A DNA stretch of 64,000 nt from Octopus vulgaris. Lineage: Eukaryota. Under the pieces are notes generated by a model. That model had not been told where the DNA came from. It was given only the letters and a program-made list of their open reading frames with translations, and searched no databases. Where the stretch lies: assembly GCA_951406725.2 (NCBI GenBank), contig OX597830.1:48794001-48858000 (forward strand), written 5' to 3'. The position numbers and the translations under genes are program-made. Shown one piece after another: positions 12,820 through 26,149 of the stretch. The stretch's first letter is position 1. Each line of letters begins with the position of its first letter.

Positions 12820-13150
12820 TAGATTTATCTGAACTTGATTATATCTTGTACTGTATTGTTAAAGCAGTACTTCAAATTGTCGGCTGACCTGTTAGAAATA
12901 GGAGCCATCTCTTCTTGAAATAACACCCCATCGTCATAAAACGGGACAGAAATATCGGGTAATAGACTTTTATCCCCGCAATTTCTAAGAGAGACATGAG
13001 ATGGGCATGGCAAGAATATTTTCGTATATAATCCTCCTCAGTCAAATGTTCGTAACTGCACTGTAATATATGATGCGAATATTTTTGCTTATATATTGTC
13101 ACGCCCCTTCCGTCCGAATAATCGGATACGCAAAATTCTGAGTTACGAAT
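12820..13150 (-). pseudogene. Possible highly decayed Tc1-like transposase fragment
   Basis: LLPDISVPFYDDGVLFQEEMAPI resembles the Tc1 'LLP...IFQQDNAP.H' motif; this is the only support. Confidence 0.25.
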
Positions 13151-14325
13151 CATGACGTTTTAGTTTGTAATGAAACATACAAACTATGTATTAAAGTACT
13201 TTCTTAGTTTACAGACGAATAAAATTGGTCGAAAATTGTCTAGAGACAGAGCTATAAAAGCACACAATGGGAAAAAGATGCCCTGAAATTTTCTGCAATG
13301 AATGTTCTGATCCACCAAAGTATCTATTGAACGATTAAGTGAAAAAAAAAAAAAAAAATCGAAAATTTCCTTAAGAATTTAAGATGGAAGACATATGTCT
13401 TTGGTGTTGCTATCACAAAGGAATACAAGTTCGGCTTCAGAAGTTTTAAATGCATCTCCTCAAAATAATGAAAAAGAGCAGTTAAAAAATATTATCCAAC
13501 TGTCAAAACATATTACATAACGAACAAGCAAAACTCACCTCATCTCTGTAACTGTAGCAACTGTCATATCATACCCCTTAGGGGTGTATGTTTCTCTAAA
13601 GCTTTAGCTTAAGGTTTGTCGCGCAAATCACAGTCAAACAATTAAAGGTTCACTGAATCTTACTTAAAAAAAATTCCATCTCACCACATTACTCGCCAAA
13701 TGTATCTAGAATGACAACATTAACAATAAATAGTAAGTCTGATTAGTTCACTATACAACACGCATCTCCCAACATTAATGATGTCAGAAAGTGTAATCTA
13801 TGTCTCTGGGAGAAGCATTACATCCTATTTTAGCTTTTTGAAACTGAGATAAGATGGCAACTGTTGAATATTTGCAGTCATTTATATTGCTTTTTTAGCC
13901 GGTTAAAACAATTTATTTCTTATTTAATTAAGTTTCCATACTCAGAAAAAAAATTCTATAATTTATCAGTACTAAAACCTTCATTAGAAAAATTGCTTTT
14001 CTTGCTGATTTGTGTGCTGTAAATATGATACTGGATACCCACGATCAAGTAGATTTGCAAATGAATAGATGAATGATCACATATTCCGTGTCTGATAATT
14101 GATTCTAACAGCATTTTGCAACCAATCGAAACTCGATGACAAATCGTACTTTAATGCGCTTAAGAATAATTTCGCTAATAAATCGTAACTTTTACATCTC
14201 GACATCAATCGTTTCATTAATGTGTAATTTCAAACTCAGAGTAAACGATTCAAGAAGTTTCAGCTTCTGATAAAATACATAAAAACTCTAGGTATTGGCT
14301 GCCGTAAATGCAAATACTTTCACCA

Positions 14326-14383
<58 letters not shown>

Positions 14384-14920
14384 TTAAAGCCGGAAAAAAA
14401 ATCTTCACAAGCTGTTTTTCTCAGAGTCTCAAGCGACTGTTCGTCGGGCAGCTTTTCCATTTTATTTTGCATTTATGGTACCTACTGCCGGTTCTTAAGG
14501 GTTCTAAACCTACTGAAAGTAGATTTAAAAGGCCTTCATATTACACTACACAGCACAAAAACAACCACCATTTCAAGACTCTCTTACCACCCACCTCCAC
14601 CACACTACATCAACCCATCATTGGCACCGCTTCAAAAAAAGGTCGATATTTTATTTCCTCCACCAGCCTCACCTCCACTGTCACTCTTAGACAAACACAA
14701 TTTGATCCGCCAACGATGTTTATCTTTGGTGGAAACCGAGAGAAAAAAAAAAAAAACGAAATCCAGCGAAAACATTGAAGTCGTGGATATATAACCAAGC
14801 TAACTATAAATGTATAGGATATTCAACTTTGGGGGTGGGGTGCTCCAGCATGGACTTAGTTGTGTTGGTTGGAATAAGCTGTGAAAACAAAAACAAAAAG
14901 AACAAACACACTTTCACACG

Positions 14921-14924
<4 letters not shown>

Positions 14925-14974
<50 letters not shown>

Positions 14975-15350
14975 TTCTCTCCCTTCCTCTCATACACGCA
15001 AATACATTCTCTTGCCTTCTCCCTGTCTCTCTCTCTTTTACTCATGCATTCTCTCTCCTTCCTCTCTCAAATACATTCCCTCTCTCTCTCTCTCTCTCTC
15101 ACACACAAACACATTGTCTCATTGTCTTCTACTCTTCTCTCTCTTTCTCTCTCTCTCACTCCTTCACACACACACATTCTCTCCCCTTCCCACTCTCTTA
15201 CACACACAATTACACATTTTCTTCTATTCCCCCCCTCTCTCTCTCTGTCTCTCTCTGTCACACACATACACGCACAGACGTTCTTTCTCCAGCTCTCTCT
15301 CTCTCTCTCTCCCTCTCTCTCACACACACAATTCTCTCCCTTCTCACCCC

Positions 15351-15387
<37 letters not shown>

Positions 15388-15645
15388 TACAATTCTCTCC
15401 CCTCCTGTACCTCACACTCTCAGACATTCCCTCCTCCTTCTCCACCCCCCTCTCTCTCTCTCTCACGCACACACAATTCTCTCCCTTCTCACCCTCTCCT
15501 CTGTCTCCTTCTCCCTCTCTCTCACACACATACAATTCTCTCCCCTCCTGCACCTCACACTCTCAGACATATTCCCTCCTCCTCCCCCTCTCTCTCTCTC
15601 TCTCTTCTCTCTCTCACACACGCGCACCACTCTTCTTTTTTTCTT
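14925..15645. repeat. (CT)n/(CA)n polypyrimidine low-complexity tract with an internal higher-order duplication
   Basis: Direct reading; cacacatacaattctctcccctcctg.acctcacactctcagaca occurs at about 15382 and 15526. Confidence 0.9.
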
Positions 15646-16519
15646 AAAACCATAACAGACCGCCAGAGTGTTGTTTGAGCTGACTAAAACATATCCATGT
15701 TGACGTGTTAGAGTCATTCAAGTTGTCAACTGGATGCAAGAACACGTTGTCAAGACAACTCACCTGTTTAAATAAATCGCTGTACATTATGTTTAAAGGC
15801 TAGAATTTTGCTGTCATTGATCTATCGATTATCATTCCTGGCAATGGAAGCTCGTCCAAACTGCTAAATGCGCAAGAGGCGGTGTTTCGCTGTTAGATTC
15901 CTCTTAAGGTAACGGTTAGCTAATTATGACGCTAAGTGGACGATAATGATAGCAGAATGGTTAGTAACAGTGGTGGCGGTGGTGGGGGCTGGTGGTTAAT
16001 AATGGAAAAGGTGGTGGTGGTGGTGGTGGAGGTGGTTAACGATGGCAATTGTGGATAAAGTCGATAGTCGTACTAATTGTGGTTAATAATGGTTATGTGT
16101 GATTGCAGCAGGGAAGGAGTGGTATTGGAATGGTTTAAGATGGTAGTGGTTTGGGTGCTAAAAGGTAGGTACTGTTTAGAGATGGTGGCGGCGGTAGTAG
16201 TGCGCGAAGTGAACCATAGAGAAAGGGGTCGAAGAAGGGGGGTAATGAAAGAGTGAAATAGTTATGGATTATAGACTGAAGGGAGGAGTAAAAATCTGGA
16301 AGGGAGGGGTTAAAATGATTGTGGAGAAGCTGATGCTTAGTTCCGGGTTAACTTTCATTGAAGAACCCTAGAATCGAAGACATTTCAGCCGTAACAATTC
16401 CATCTTTTGAAGATATTAAGGATTGCAGCATCTGGTGTGTCCCTTTTTTTCCCTTAAGACGTTGAGGTAGAACTTGGCTGATCCTTCATTGGCTGCGTGA
16501 CAACGGGGTGGTTGAGGAT

Positions 16520-17490
16520 TTAAGTAATGGTTTCTGATTTTGACACAAGGCCAGTAATTTTGAGTCGGGGTGGGATGGTCGATACCAACGACTCAGAAAT
16601 TGACTGGGGCTTTAGTTTATCAACCCCGAAAGGACGTAACAGGCTCAGAAAGTGATAAGCTGGAATGACACCTGCAAATGTATTTTGTTCTGATGCTCTA
16701 ACGATTGTTCTAGCTCTTCTAGCGCCAGGGATTGTAATAACAATCCTTTCTACCGTAGATACAAGGTCCGACATTTTGGCGGAGAGTGTTAGTTGAGTGT
16801 ATCGACCACAGTGTTCAAATGGTGCTTATTTCGCCCACCTCGAAACAATGAAACGCAAAGTCGACCTCGGCGGAATTTGAAATTAGAACGTAAAGACGGA
16901 CGAAATGCTGCAAACATTTTTGTCCGACTTGCTAAAGGTTCTGCCAGCTCGCCACCTTCAGGGATCGTAATAATTCTTTCTACTGTAGGCACAAAGCCTG
17001 AAATTTTGGGGGAGGGAGCAAGTCAATTATAACAACTCCCGTGCTCAACTGGTATTTATTTCATCGACTCCGAAAGTATTTTGCCCGGCGTGTAAACAAT
17101 TCTGCCAGTTAGCCGTACTACAAGGATTGTAATAATCCTTTCTACTATAGGCACAAGGCCTGACATTTTTTGGTACTTAATTTATCGACCCCGAAAGGAT
17201 GAAAGGCAAAGTCGACCTCGGCGGAATTTGAACTCAGAACGTAGCGGCAGACGAAATACCTATTTCTTTACTACCCACAAGGAGCTGAACACAAAGAGGG
17301 CAAACAAGGACAAACGGATTAAGTCGATTATATCGACCCCAGTGCGTAACTGGTACTTAATTTATCGACCCCGAAAGGATGAAAGGCAAAGGCGACCTCG
17401 GCGGAATTTGAACTCAGAACGTAACGGCAGACGAAATACGGCTTCGCATTTCGCCCGGCGTGCTAACGATTCTGCCAGCCCGCCGCCTTA
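16520..17490 (-). mobile_element. Tandem pile of SINE A-related copies
   Basis: About five units of different divergence, separated by ggattgtaataa..cctttctac spacers; the last unit is a near-consensus dimer. Confidence 0.8.
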
Positions 17491-18144
17491 AGGATTGTAA
17501 TAACAATGGTAGTTTACGAAGTAGTTGAATAAAAATAATATTAATGAAGTAACTTAAATAATGAACATGATATGACCTGATGGATGCAATTTCGAGTGAC
17601 TTGTTTGTGTTTTCTGAAATCGTATCCCACTCTGCTGTTGTGGAGGGATTTTTGACGAACTACTAATCAGACAGTATCTTATGAAGATGTAATTAATGGG
17701 ACGAGTCGCCAGAAGAGAATAAACTTCATTGACATTTCAAACTGATACAACTGAAGTTGAAGCGGAGAAAACACCTTCCTTTAGTGTCAAATCGGAAGTT
17801 AATCTAATTGGGGCTGAATGTTTAGCTTCAAAACAGAACTGAAAGTTGTTTCGATCGGTTTATATACTGGAAATACAACTTAGATGAAGCTGTACAGTAT
17901 TGACATTGATCTGCCTGAAAACGTTTGTTGGGACCAGTTGAGGCCATTTGACATTAAAACCGAGAAGAATCCAAATTGCGAAGGAGAGTGATAATACAAA
18001 TTAAAATATCGGAGATACTGAAAATGATACTAAAGGCAACTCTTCTCTGATCGAGGGTCGATATTTTCTGATTTACTGAGAAATGCACGACTTCATCATT
18101 CCAGTTTGCAACTGAAAATATCCTGAGAATATTTCTTAAGGAAA

Positions 18145-18570
18145 TATTGATTTCAAATGTTGGTGGCCAGAAATTTAGTTGGGTGAGGGCAAGTCGATTA
18201 CATCGACCCCAGTGCTCAAATAGTACGTATTTTACCTCCCCGAAAGAATTAAAGGTAGAGTTGACCTCAGCGGAATTTGAACTAAAAACGTAAAAACGGA
18301 TGAAATGCCACTAAGCAAGCATTTTGTCTGTTTAGTTAATGATTCTGCCTACTCACAGCCTTATTTCTTAGGGAAATAATGGTTTCGCATTTTGGCACAA
18401 GGTCAGCAATTTCGGGGGAGGGGGAAAGTCGATTACATCGTTCCCAGTGCCCAACTGGTACTTATTTCATCTCTCCGAAAGAAGGAAAGGCAGAATTTGA
18501 ACTGAGAATGTAAAGACGGACGAAATGCCGCTAAGCATTTAGCTAACCATTCTGCCAGCTCGCCGCCTTA
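18145..18570 (-). mobile_element. Two older SINE A-related copies
   Basis: gtcgattacatcg...gaatttgaact...tctgccagctcgccgcct; ttatttctta.ggaaat recurs at the junctions. Confidence 0.7.
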
Positions 18571-19689
18571 TTTCTTAAGGAAATATTGAAACCAACAATA
18601 AATTGATCATCGTAATATGTTAGAGCGTCGGTGACAATTTCTGCGATCATTCGACAATCAAACCACTTACATCTCACACACCGTTCGGCTGCGCGCCCCA
18701 CTTCTTGATTTTGTCAATTCAAGTCATCCTCTCTTTGTATCGGGAGTGGTTTCCTTGACGATGATCCATAGTTCCGTAGTGCCAGTGTATATACTTCACT
18801 TGATAGCCTTCACTTTATTACTTTACTGCATTCGTCTAGTTATGCACCGAGATATGTTAAGAAGTTCTGCAAAATTGTAAAATAGATTTTTCATTGAACT
18901 GTTAGTGTTGATCTTCGCTGCTAGCGTGGTTCTGGGAAGAATTTTCAAGGACAAACTTTCAATTTATGCATGGAGATAGTCATATCACAGAAGGTAAAAA
19001 AAAAAAAAAAATATGGCAAGCAAAATTACAATGTGGTTTCACTTGTACAAAGAAACAATTTTACTTTACTGACGCCACTTATATCATTGAGAAAGGTACG
19101 AACGTCTCCCCTCTGGCGTTATCTTTCGTAAAACAATAACGTTTTACTGTCAACACCGCACCTCCTCTTTTGCATTGAGATTTGGGTTTGAGAGGCGCCA
19201 ATCAATTTGAATCACTCAGAAATATTTGTTAGAATTGATCGTGGATAACAGCGCGGAATAATTGTATTCACTCAATTGGTTTCTATGTCAATAAGGTGAT
19301 GAAAGATTCATTTGTTTTTTCCCAATATCAAATTGAAAATTTAACCAATTCTTTAGCACATGAGCTTAGAATTCTCACCTAACGCAATCCTTTCTTAATG
19401 GAAACTTAATTGATTTTGGAATTCTTCAAACTAAAAGAAATTATCTTTTGCTGTATGAAATGTAAAATATAAGAAAGAACAAGTCGATAAATGATCAGTA
19501 GAACAGTTAATCCTATTTAATTTGGTGGTTAGAATGTTTATTTATTAATCCTTGAGTTCGGGTTCAGCTTCACTCAGCAAGTGTTTGATATCATGACCTC
19601 AGGTTGACCAAAGCTTTAGGAATGAAACCGGAACGGTGTGGATGTCGTCAGAGAGAGCACTTATGTTCTTGGTTGTGAAATTAAAATGA

Positions 19690-20040
19690 AGGCGTAGGAG
19701 TGGCTGTGTGGTAAGTAGCTTGCTTATCAACCACATGGGTCCGGGTTCAGTACCACTGCGTGGTACCTTGGGCAAGTGTCGAGTGGATTTGGTAGACGGA
19801 AACTGAAAGAAGCCCGTAGTGTGTATGTATATATATGTTTGTGTGTCTGTGTTTGTCACCCATACATCACTTGACAACCGATGCTGGTATGTTTACGTCC
19901 CCGTAACTTAGCGGTTCGGAAAAAGAGACCGATAGAATAAGTACTAGGCTTACAAAGAATAAGTCCTGGGGTCGATTTACTCGACTAAAGGCGGTGCTAC
20001 AACATGGCCACAGTCACATGACTGAAACAAGTAAAAGAAC
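19690..20040 (+). mobile_element. Composite CORE-like SINE family B
   Basis: ggcgtaggagtggctgtgtggtaag head, ccttgggcaagt core, 3' module ending gactgaaacaagtaaaag. Confidence 0.82.
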
Positions 20041-20229
20041 AAAAGTGTAAAAGAGACCGTATTTCCCAGTGTAACAGCTGGCAAAAACGAGTAATTCTGC
20101 GACGGACTGGCGTCCCATCCAGGTGGGGAGTTTATACCTCATGGAAACCGGCTCTTATGAGTCGGCGTAACTCGAGAAGGTAACTTTATCATTATTATAC
20201 ACACATCCACACACACACCACCACCACCA

Positions 20230-20260
<31 letters not shown>

Positions 20261-22904
20261 CATCATCATCATCATCATCATCGCCGCCGCCGCCGCAAGC
20301 ATGGGAAGAAAGAAAGAAAAAAAAACTCGGTATCGGCGTGTGGCTTGAATTCGAAACTGGAAGTTTGGGATTCTCCAGTTTCAGTTTCCGAAATCTTTTT
20401 CCAGGACAAACAATACAAACAATAGACATTGGTATTTATTTATTGAGAATGGTAAAAGTATTTTGAAATGGTTGGTAAGAAGTTGCAGATAATTCTATAT
20501 TCGAAATCAACGCAGCGGAAATAAGTAGAGATTTGGCAAAGATTTAAGAACCGAAGAGAGAATGAATTCAAAGAGTCACACAGAAGAGACAGGATTACAG
20601 CTTATAGAATTGCTTTAATTCACAAATAATTATCGTTGAACACTTTAGTCCCTTACGCTGTAAACTTTAATAATTCTGTCATAATGAGACGATGGCTTTG
20701 TGTAGATTATTAATTAGTGAAGAACATAAGTATGAATGTGATTAAATTAGCATTGATAATTAGTCGCATTTAATCTGGAACAATTGTAAGCTTGCATTCA
20801 AATTTCTTTAGTTCATCAACCGAAATAGATTTGCTTCCGAAACTTGAAAGTTGTTTGGATAACATTAAAAAAAAATATTTATTTATTATTTTTTTTTACA
20901 AATATAGGCGCAGGCATGGCTGTGTGATAAAAAGCTTGCTTCCCAACCACATGGTTCCGGGTTCAGTCACAATTAGCGGTCATTCGAATAGCGCTTTTGT
21001 CTAAATAGCGTCAAGAATACAGAAAACGACTGTTGGTGCTTTCTCCTTTTTTCTCTCCTTTGTTAAATTCTATAGAAACTGGACATTCTATAGAAACTGG
21101 AAAGGTTTCAAATTTTGCCTCAAGGCCAGCAATTTCGAAGGAGAGGGTAAGTCGATTGCATCGCCCTCAGTGTTTAACTTTATCGACTCCAGGAGGATGA
21201 AAGACAAAGTCGACCTCGGTGGAATTTGAACCCAGAATGTAAAGACGGACGAAATGCAGCTAAGCATTTTGCTCGGCGTGCTAGCGATTCTACAAGCTCG
21301 CTGCCTTTGGAGAGATAAATATTGGTTCTACAAATACTTGGGGCTCGGAAATAAGTTTCGCTTTTTGTTGAAAATTTTAGTCTGGGTGAAGGTGCTGTGA
21401 GCATGACGTTGACAGGGCTTCTTACCATGGTGAGATCGACTCAGTTAATACATCTTACGAACTAGTTCTGTTTGATGCAGTTATAGGGAGGAAAGATGTT
21501 CCTTTATTAGAGTTGCTGGTAATGGATAGTCCTGTGGACAGTTGACATATATATGTAAAACTGTAGAACGTCTTGGAAAGGTTTATTAATATCCTGTTAG
21601 TTTTGGGTTCTTCGTAGTTTAATCGTATCTTCTTCTCCAATCAGCACTTCGTTTAGGTCACTTGAGTTCTGAATCTCACATGTTCTAATAATTCTTTGTT
21701 GGCTTTAATTCTAATAATTCTTTAGAAACCTGCTCACAGGGATGAGCTTGCTTCCTTCGAGAGATTTCTCCTTATCAGAGAGGTGATCGTCTTCACTAAT
21801 TTCAATCCTGTGTGGAAATTTATCAGCGACCGATTACTCTCTTTAGCTGTCACAGAAACAGCTGGCAAAAAGGCGTTATGTATGCAAATTAATCTACGAA
21901 GTTTACTTCCGTAGTAGTGGGTTTATACAGTCAGTATCTCCGTTGGTAGTCGAAAGCAATCAGTCACTGATTTAGGGCCGACTTACGACTAGAGTTTATT
22001 CAACTGATTCCTGTTTTTCTGACAATGACAATACCGAATCTGAAGACAAGCTATGTTCATCTGTTTATACAGATTTCTTTATTGCCCACCGGGGGCCAAA
22101 CATAGAAATGGACAGAATAATTGATGGGATCAGTGAAGCGATATGATTTTACATATAATGTGACTTCAAAAATTTAAATACAATATATAAAAAAATCGAA
22201 TGGAATTAACAATACAAAAACAATACAAATGAAGCGATGATCAGGCCACGCTCCGACCCCACAAGCCCCGATCTACCGCTGGTACCTTTTTTTTTTCTTT
22301 TATTTTCCGTCTATTCACACAGTTCCTTGCACGCACTGCACTCGTGCCACGTGCTTCCATCTCTTTTGGAACGTACACTCCGACAGACACCTCTTCTACA
22401 GCCATCATCAGTTTGTACAGTGTTGGTTAAAAATTAAGTTATGTAAAAAAAAAAAATTCCGTGTTTTTTGTTTTGCAGAACAGATGTTAATGTGAGAATT
22501 TATTTCACTCATGAATTTTTGATTATTTAAACCAAAAATTATAATTGGAAAGCAGTGGCCTGTTTAATTAGATTAAATTACCAGCTGTTTTAATCTTAAT
22601 TGAAGTTGCAGCCAATGTTAACGTGTTCAATATTCATTTCACTATAAGAACGGTGAAAAAAAAAACCCATTTCTGTTTCAGTTAACGAAAACATCACGAT
22701 ATATTTGCTCCGTCACTCACACACACACACGCACACACACACAGGGGAAAGGCAGAGATTGTCATGGATAGCACAGCACCCATAGAATGTAGCAGCACAT
22801 CAAGTGACCATGTACACACAAACTGTATATATATATATATATATATATACATACATACATAAATATCATCATCGTTTAACGTCGGTTTTCCATGCTGGCA
22901 TGGC

Positions 22905-22937
<33 letters not shown>

Positions 22938-23049
22938 CTGTTACTCTTTTAACCTTTGCCACTGGTGAAGTGAGCAAAGATGGAAAGCTAACGGCACCAG
23001 AGAAAAAAAGACCCAGTATGCAATAATCTCCATAAGAGCCTACATAAAT

Positions 23050-24400
23050 AATTTGACTGTAACAATTTCAAGAGTCGCGAGTGGCGGGTGAGCTCTACAA
23101 GGAGTTGAGAGACTCGTCTCATTGGGAAGGATGATATTTTATACCATCATAATCAAGGTCCCCTTGTGCTAAATAGAAGGTAAGTGATAGAAAAGTTGTA
23201 CTTCACGACATTCGAAACTATCATTCAAAGAGAAACAGAACAGCCAATTAAAGACCCGAGGGAACTCTTTGACAACAGTCCGAAGAACACAGTTGCCATC
23301 CGTTAAAAATAACCTTGAGACTAAGCTTACGAATGTTAACAAATCTGGGTTATCCGATCCGTGCAAGGCATGGATTTACCATCATGCCGTCCAGTTCCAC
23401 GTTTAGTGGACCCTGTTACTATAAGATGTCAAGTATATAAACCGTGGAAGCCTTTTGAGAAGATCAGCAGCTATTCGAGGCAGTGGTTCAGTTTACCAAA
23501 GATTCTAAGACGTTTTGCCTAGTACGAATCCATCATATATTACGGATCCATTCTCAGAAGAATTTGTGATAATAAACAAAGGAAGTCATAAAGTACAGGG
23601 ACTCTAGGGATGCTAAAGACATTGAAGTAGACGCAGAATGGAACGCTACCAGAGAATTGCAAGTTGCAGAGTTTGGGATAGAATATTCCAGTTGGGATTG
23701 TGGCGATAAGGCGTTCAGGTTTGGGTTACTTTCCAACCTATCAGATCAGTAACCCACAAAGCGAAAGAGTTTCTCCCAAGAAGTTCATGCAATTGTAGCA
23801 GAAGCACGGACTTGTTCGGGTCTCTGGTGATTTAGGATTTAGATTTAGGAAGTTGAAAACTTCTCAAGTCAACATACTTTAACACATGGGACAGGAGTGA
23901 AGCACTCCTCTGTATTATGAGTTGGAAAGGTGTCGCTTCGAAATCTTCAGGGCAGTTGCGCAATGCTTTGGTCGACGGCCACTTCCACTGGCAGATGTCA
24001 CTTCCACAGGAGCAGATGTTGAAGGTGGTTACGGAGGTGGTGAAGACAGACATTCTATCCAGTAAACGCCACACCATGAAGGAAACCATAGTCACTGAAT
24101 AATCAGTAACTGTACTTACTTTCGTAGCCCTACACTAGCAGCTGAGAGTGGGCTTTGTTAAATAACTGCTTCCAGAACACATCCCATCAACGCCACTCTT
24201 CATAAACAATCATCTTAGATTCCATCAAGTAATTAATCACGTGAGAACTGACTGTACTCTGGGAAGAACACATACACGAGACAACGTGGGAAAGCTTATA
24301 TACCAGGAAGTGATAAACCAGGGTAGAAACTAAGAGTGACAGGGTTTTGTGAGGCGATAAATCTACAAATCTCTAACTGGGTTTGAAGTTACTGGGTCAG
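23050..24400 (+). mobile_element. Decayed HERO-clade (RLE) non-LTR retrotransposon, 3' portion
   Basis: Manual translation across frames: KSGLSDPCKAWIYHH..WTLLL.DV.YITVEAF/EKISSYSRQW, RDSRD...WNA, GIVAIRRSGLGYFPT, ALVDGHFHW...EQMLKVV, ELTVLWEEHIHE. These match HERO motifs (GLPGKFKAWIYQH, ERKISSYLRRW, GRAGLGYFP, ALADGRYRWRHDQVL, ELTVPWEE) in order. Confidence 0.75.
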
Positions 24401-24416
24401 CTAAAATATGCATATC

Positions 24417-24464
<48 letters not shown>

Positions 24465-24467
<3 letters not shown>

Positions 24468-24670
24468 CAATTAAGGGTTTAGCAACGAATTGCCTTACCA
24501 CACACCGAATTTAGAAATAGCAGTCAAAGAGATTATAGCTATTTCTTCTACTAAAAGGGAGATCACAGTAAAGGCACAGCATTTGAGAAGAAATAGCTAT
24601 AATCTCTTTGACTGCTATTTCTAAATTCGGTGTGTGGTAAGGCAATTCGTTGCTAAACCCTTAATTGCTT
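24465..24670. repeat. Perfect 85-bp inverted repeat with a 36-nt loop, in a cassette between (TA)n tracts
   Basis: Arms 24465-24549 and 24586-24670 are exact reverse complements by inspection. Confidence 0.93.
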
Positions 24671-26149
24671 AGTATTACTTAAATTTTCCTCGAATGAGGC
24701 TTTTACATGCCGAAGACTACTTGGTGTAATTGATAATTGTTCCAAATTAATTAATTTCACCCTTCATTGTTACTTATATATATATATATATACATACATG
24801 CACATAAGCCCACATGTGCGTATCTATGTACATATACATATTAATAAATTTCAAACTTATTGTAAATCGATTTAAAAAAAATGACATCGGAACCAATGCT
24901 GAAAGAAAGGACAGTAAATTTTATAAAATTCCATTTGACTGGGGCTTCAAGTATCGCCTAACGGTGATATTAATTGTATAGGATTAATGTCTAAATATTG
25001 ATCAGTCTGTTGCAAGCCGTGTCTTTTCAAGTGAAAAACTCATTTCTCAACTCAACCCTTCTGAACCTCGGCATTTAAAACAATTTACAGTTTAAAATGT
25101 CGCTTAATATTTTAATTTTTAATTATGTTATCCTTAGATGAAGCTATTGATTCTTTTTTGGGTTATTTAGGCCGTGCTGTAGGTCACTGTTCGTAAACTC
25201 GCCGTCCTGCAACTGGTTTTAATTAAGAGTTCTAACATCAGACAAGGTTTCATATTTTAGAGAGAGAGAGAAAGAGAGAGAGAGTCCGTGATTATAATCA
25301 ATTATATCGACCCCAGTCTTGGTAGCTGCTTACTTTGAATAGACTCAGTCAGTGGTAAAATAACAGTTTTATTTCCCCTCACTGATTAATCTTGAGCCCA
25401 TTTACAGGGTCCGCATGACTGAAAGGAGGCAGTTATCCTCAGACCTGAGACCCAGTTGAAATTCATGAAACTGGATTCTTCGATGATCCAGTAATGTTAA
25501 ACTAGAAGACAGATTAAATCTACCAACTTAGAATGGGAATACTCCCTCCTACAGAATTCTAAAGCGTTTTAGTTTACTTAATTGCACACAAAGCTTTGGT
25601 AGATCCGATGCGATAGCAGGAGACACTTACCCAAAGTGCCACGCAACGAGATCGAAATGAGACTGCCGATCCATTGGTCTTTCCGCTGGATTTAATTATG
25701 AAAAATCATAATTGGTTACAAAATGCAATTTGAAGAAAGCGACATCTATGGCGGATATTTTGTCGTGGAATAGCAAAATGTGTTGTCAACAAAGTGGAAC
25801 TGAAAGCTTATAAATTTCACAAAGATTAAACCTTATGGAAAATCATTTTAGCAACTAAGTCTTGGAAGAACCATTCAGTAAAATGCAAAACTTTAAAATT
25901 TATTTTAAACTTAATTTCTAAGTGAAACAGTTCCACTATAACTCTGCTATAGTCGAACCGCATTAGTGATGAAGCTGCAGCCATGCGACGAAAATTAACC
26001 CCCCCACCATGAAATAAAATTTGAAGGGAATTTAACAGCTTTTATGTGTTATCAAACGGCTTTTCCACGATGTACTTGATCCTGGATTAAAACAGTCTCG
26101 GATCAAGTTATTTACTTGACATGTACCAACTTTAGACTTATTTTGAAAA

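Noticed and set aside
14775-15717. Long ORFs of 244-290 aa
   Set aside because: Stop-free (CT)n/(CA)n low-complexity sequence open in all three frames.
21330-21860. Possible retroelement relic on the minus strand
   Set aside because: Coding-like composition, but no motif I could identify.
25410-25500. Hammerhead-like GAAAC-tggat...atcca-GTA stem
   Set aside because: No properly placed CUGANGA core or stem II.
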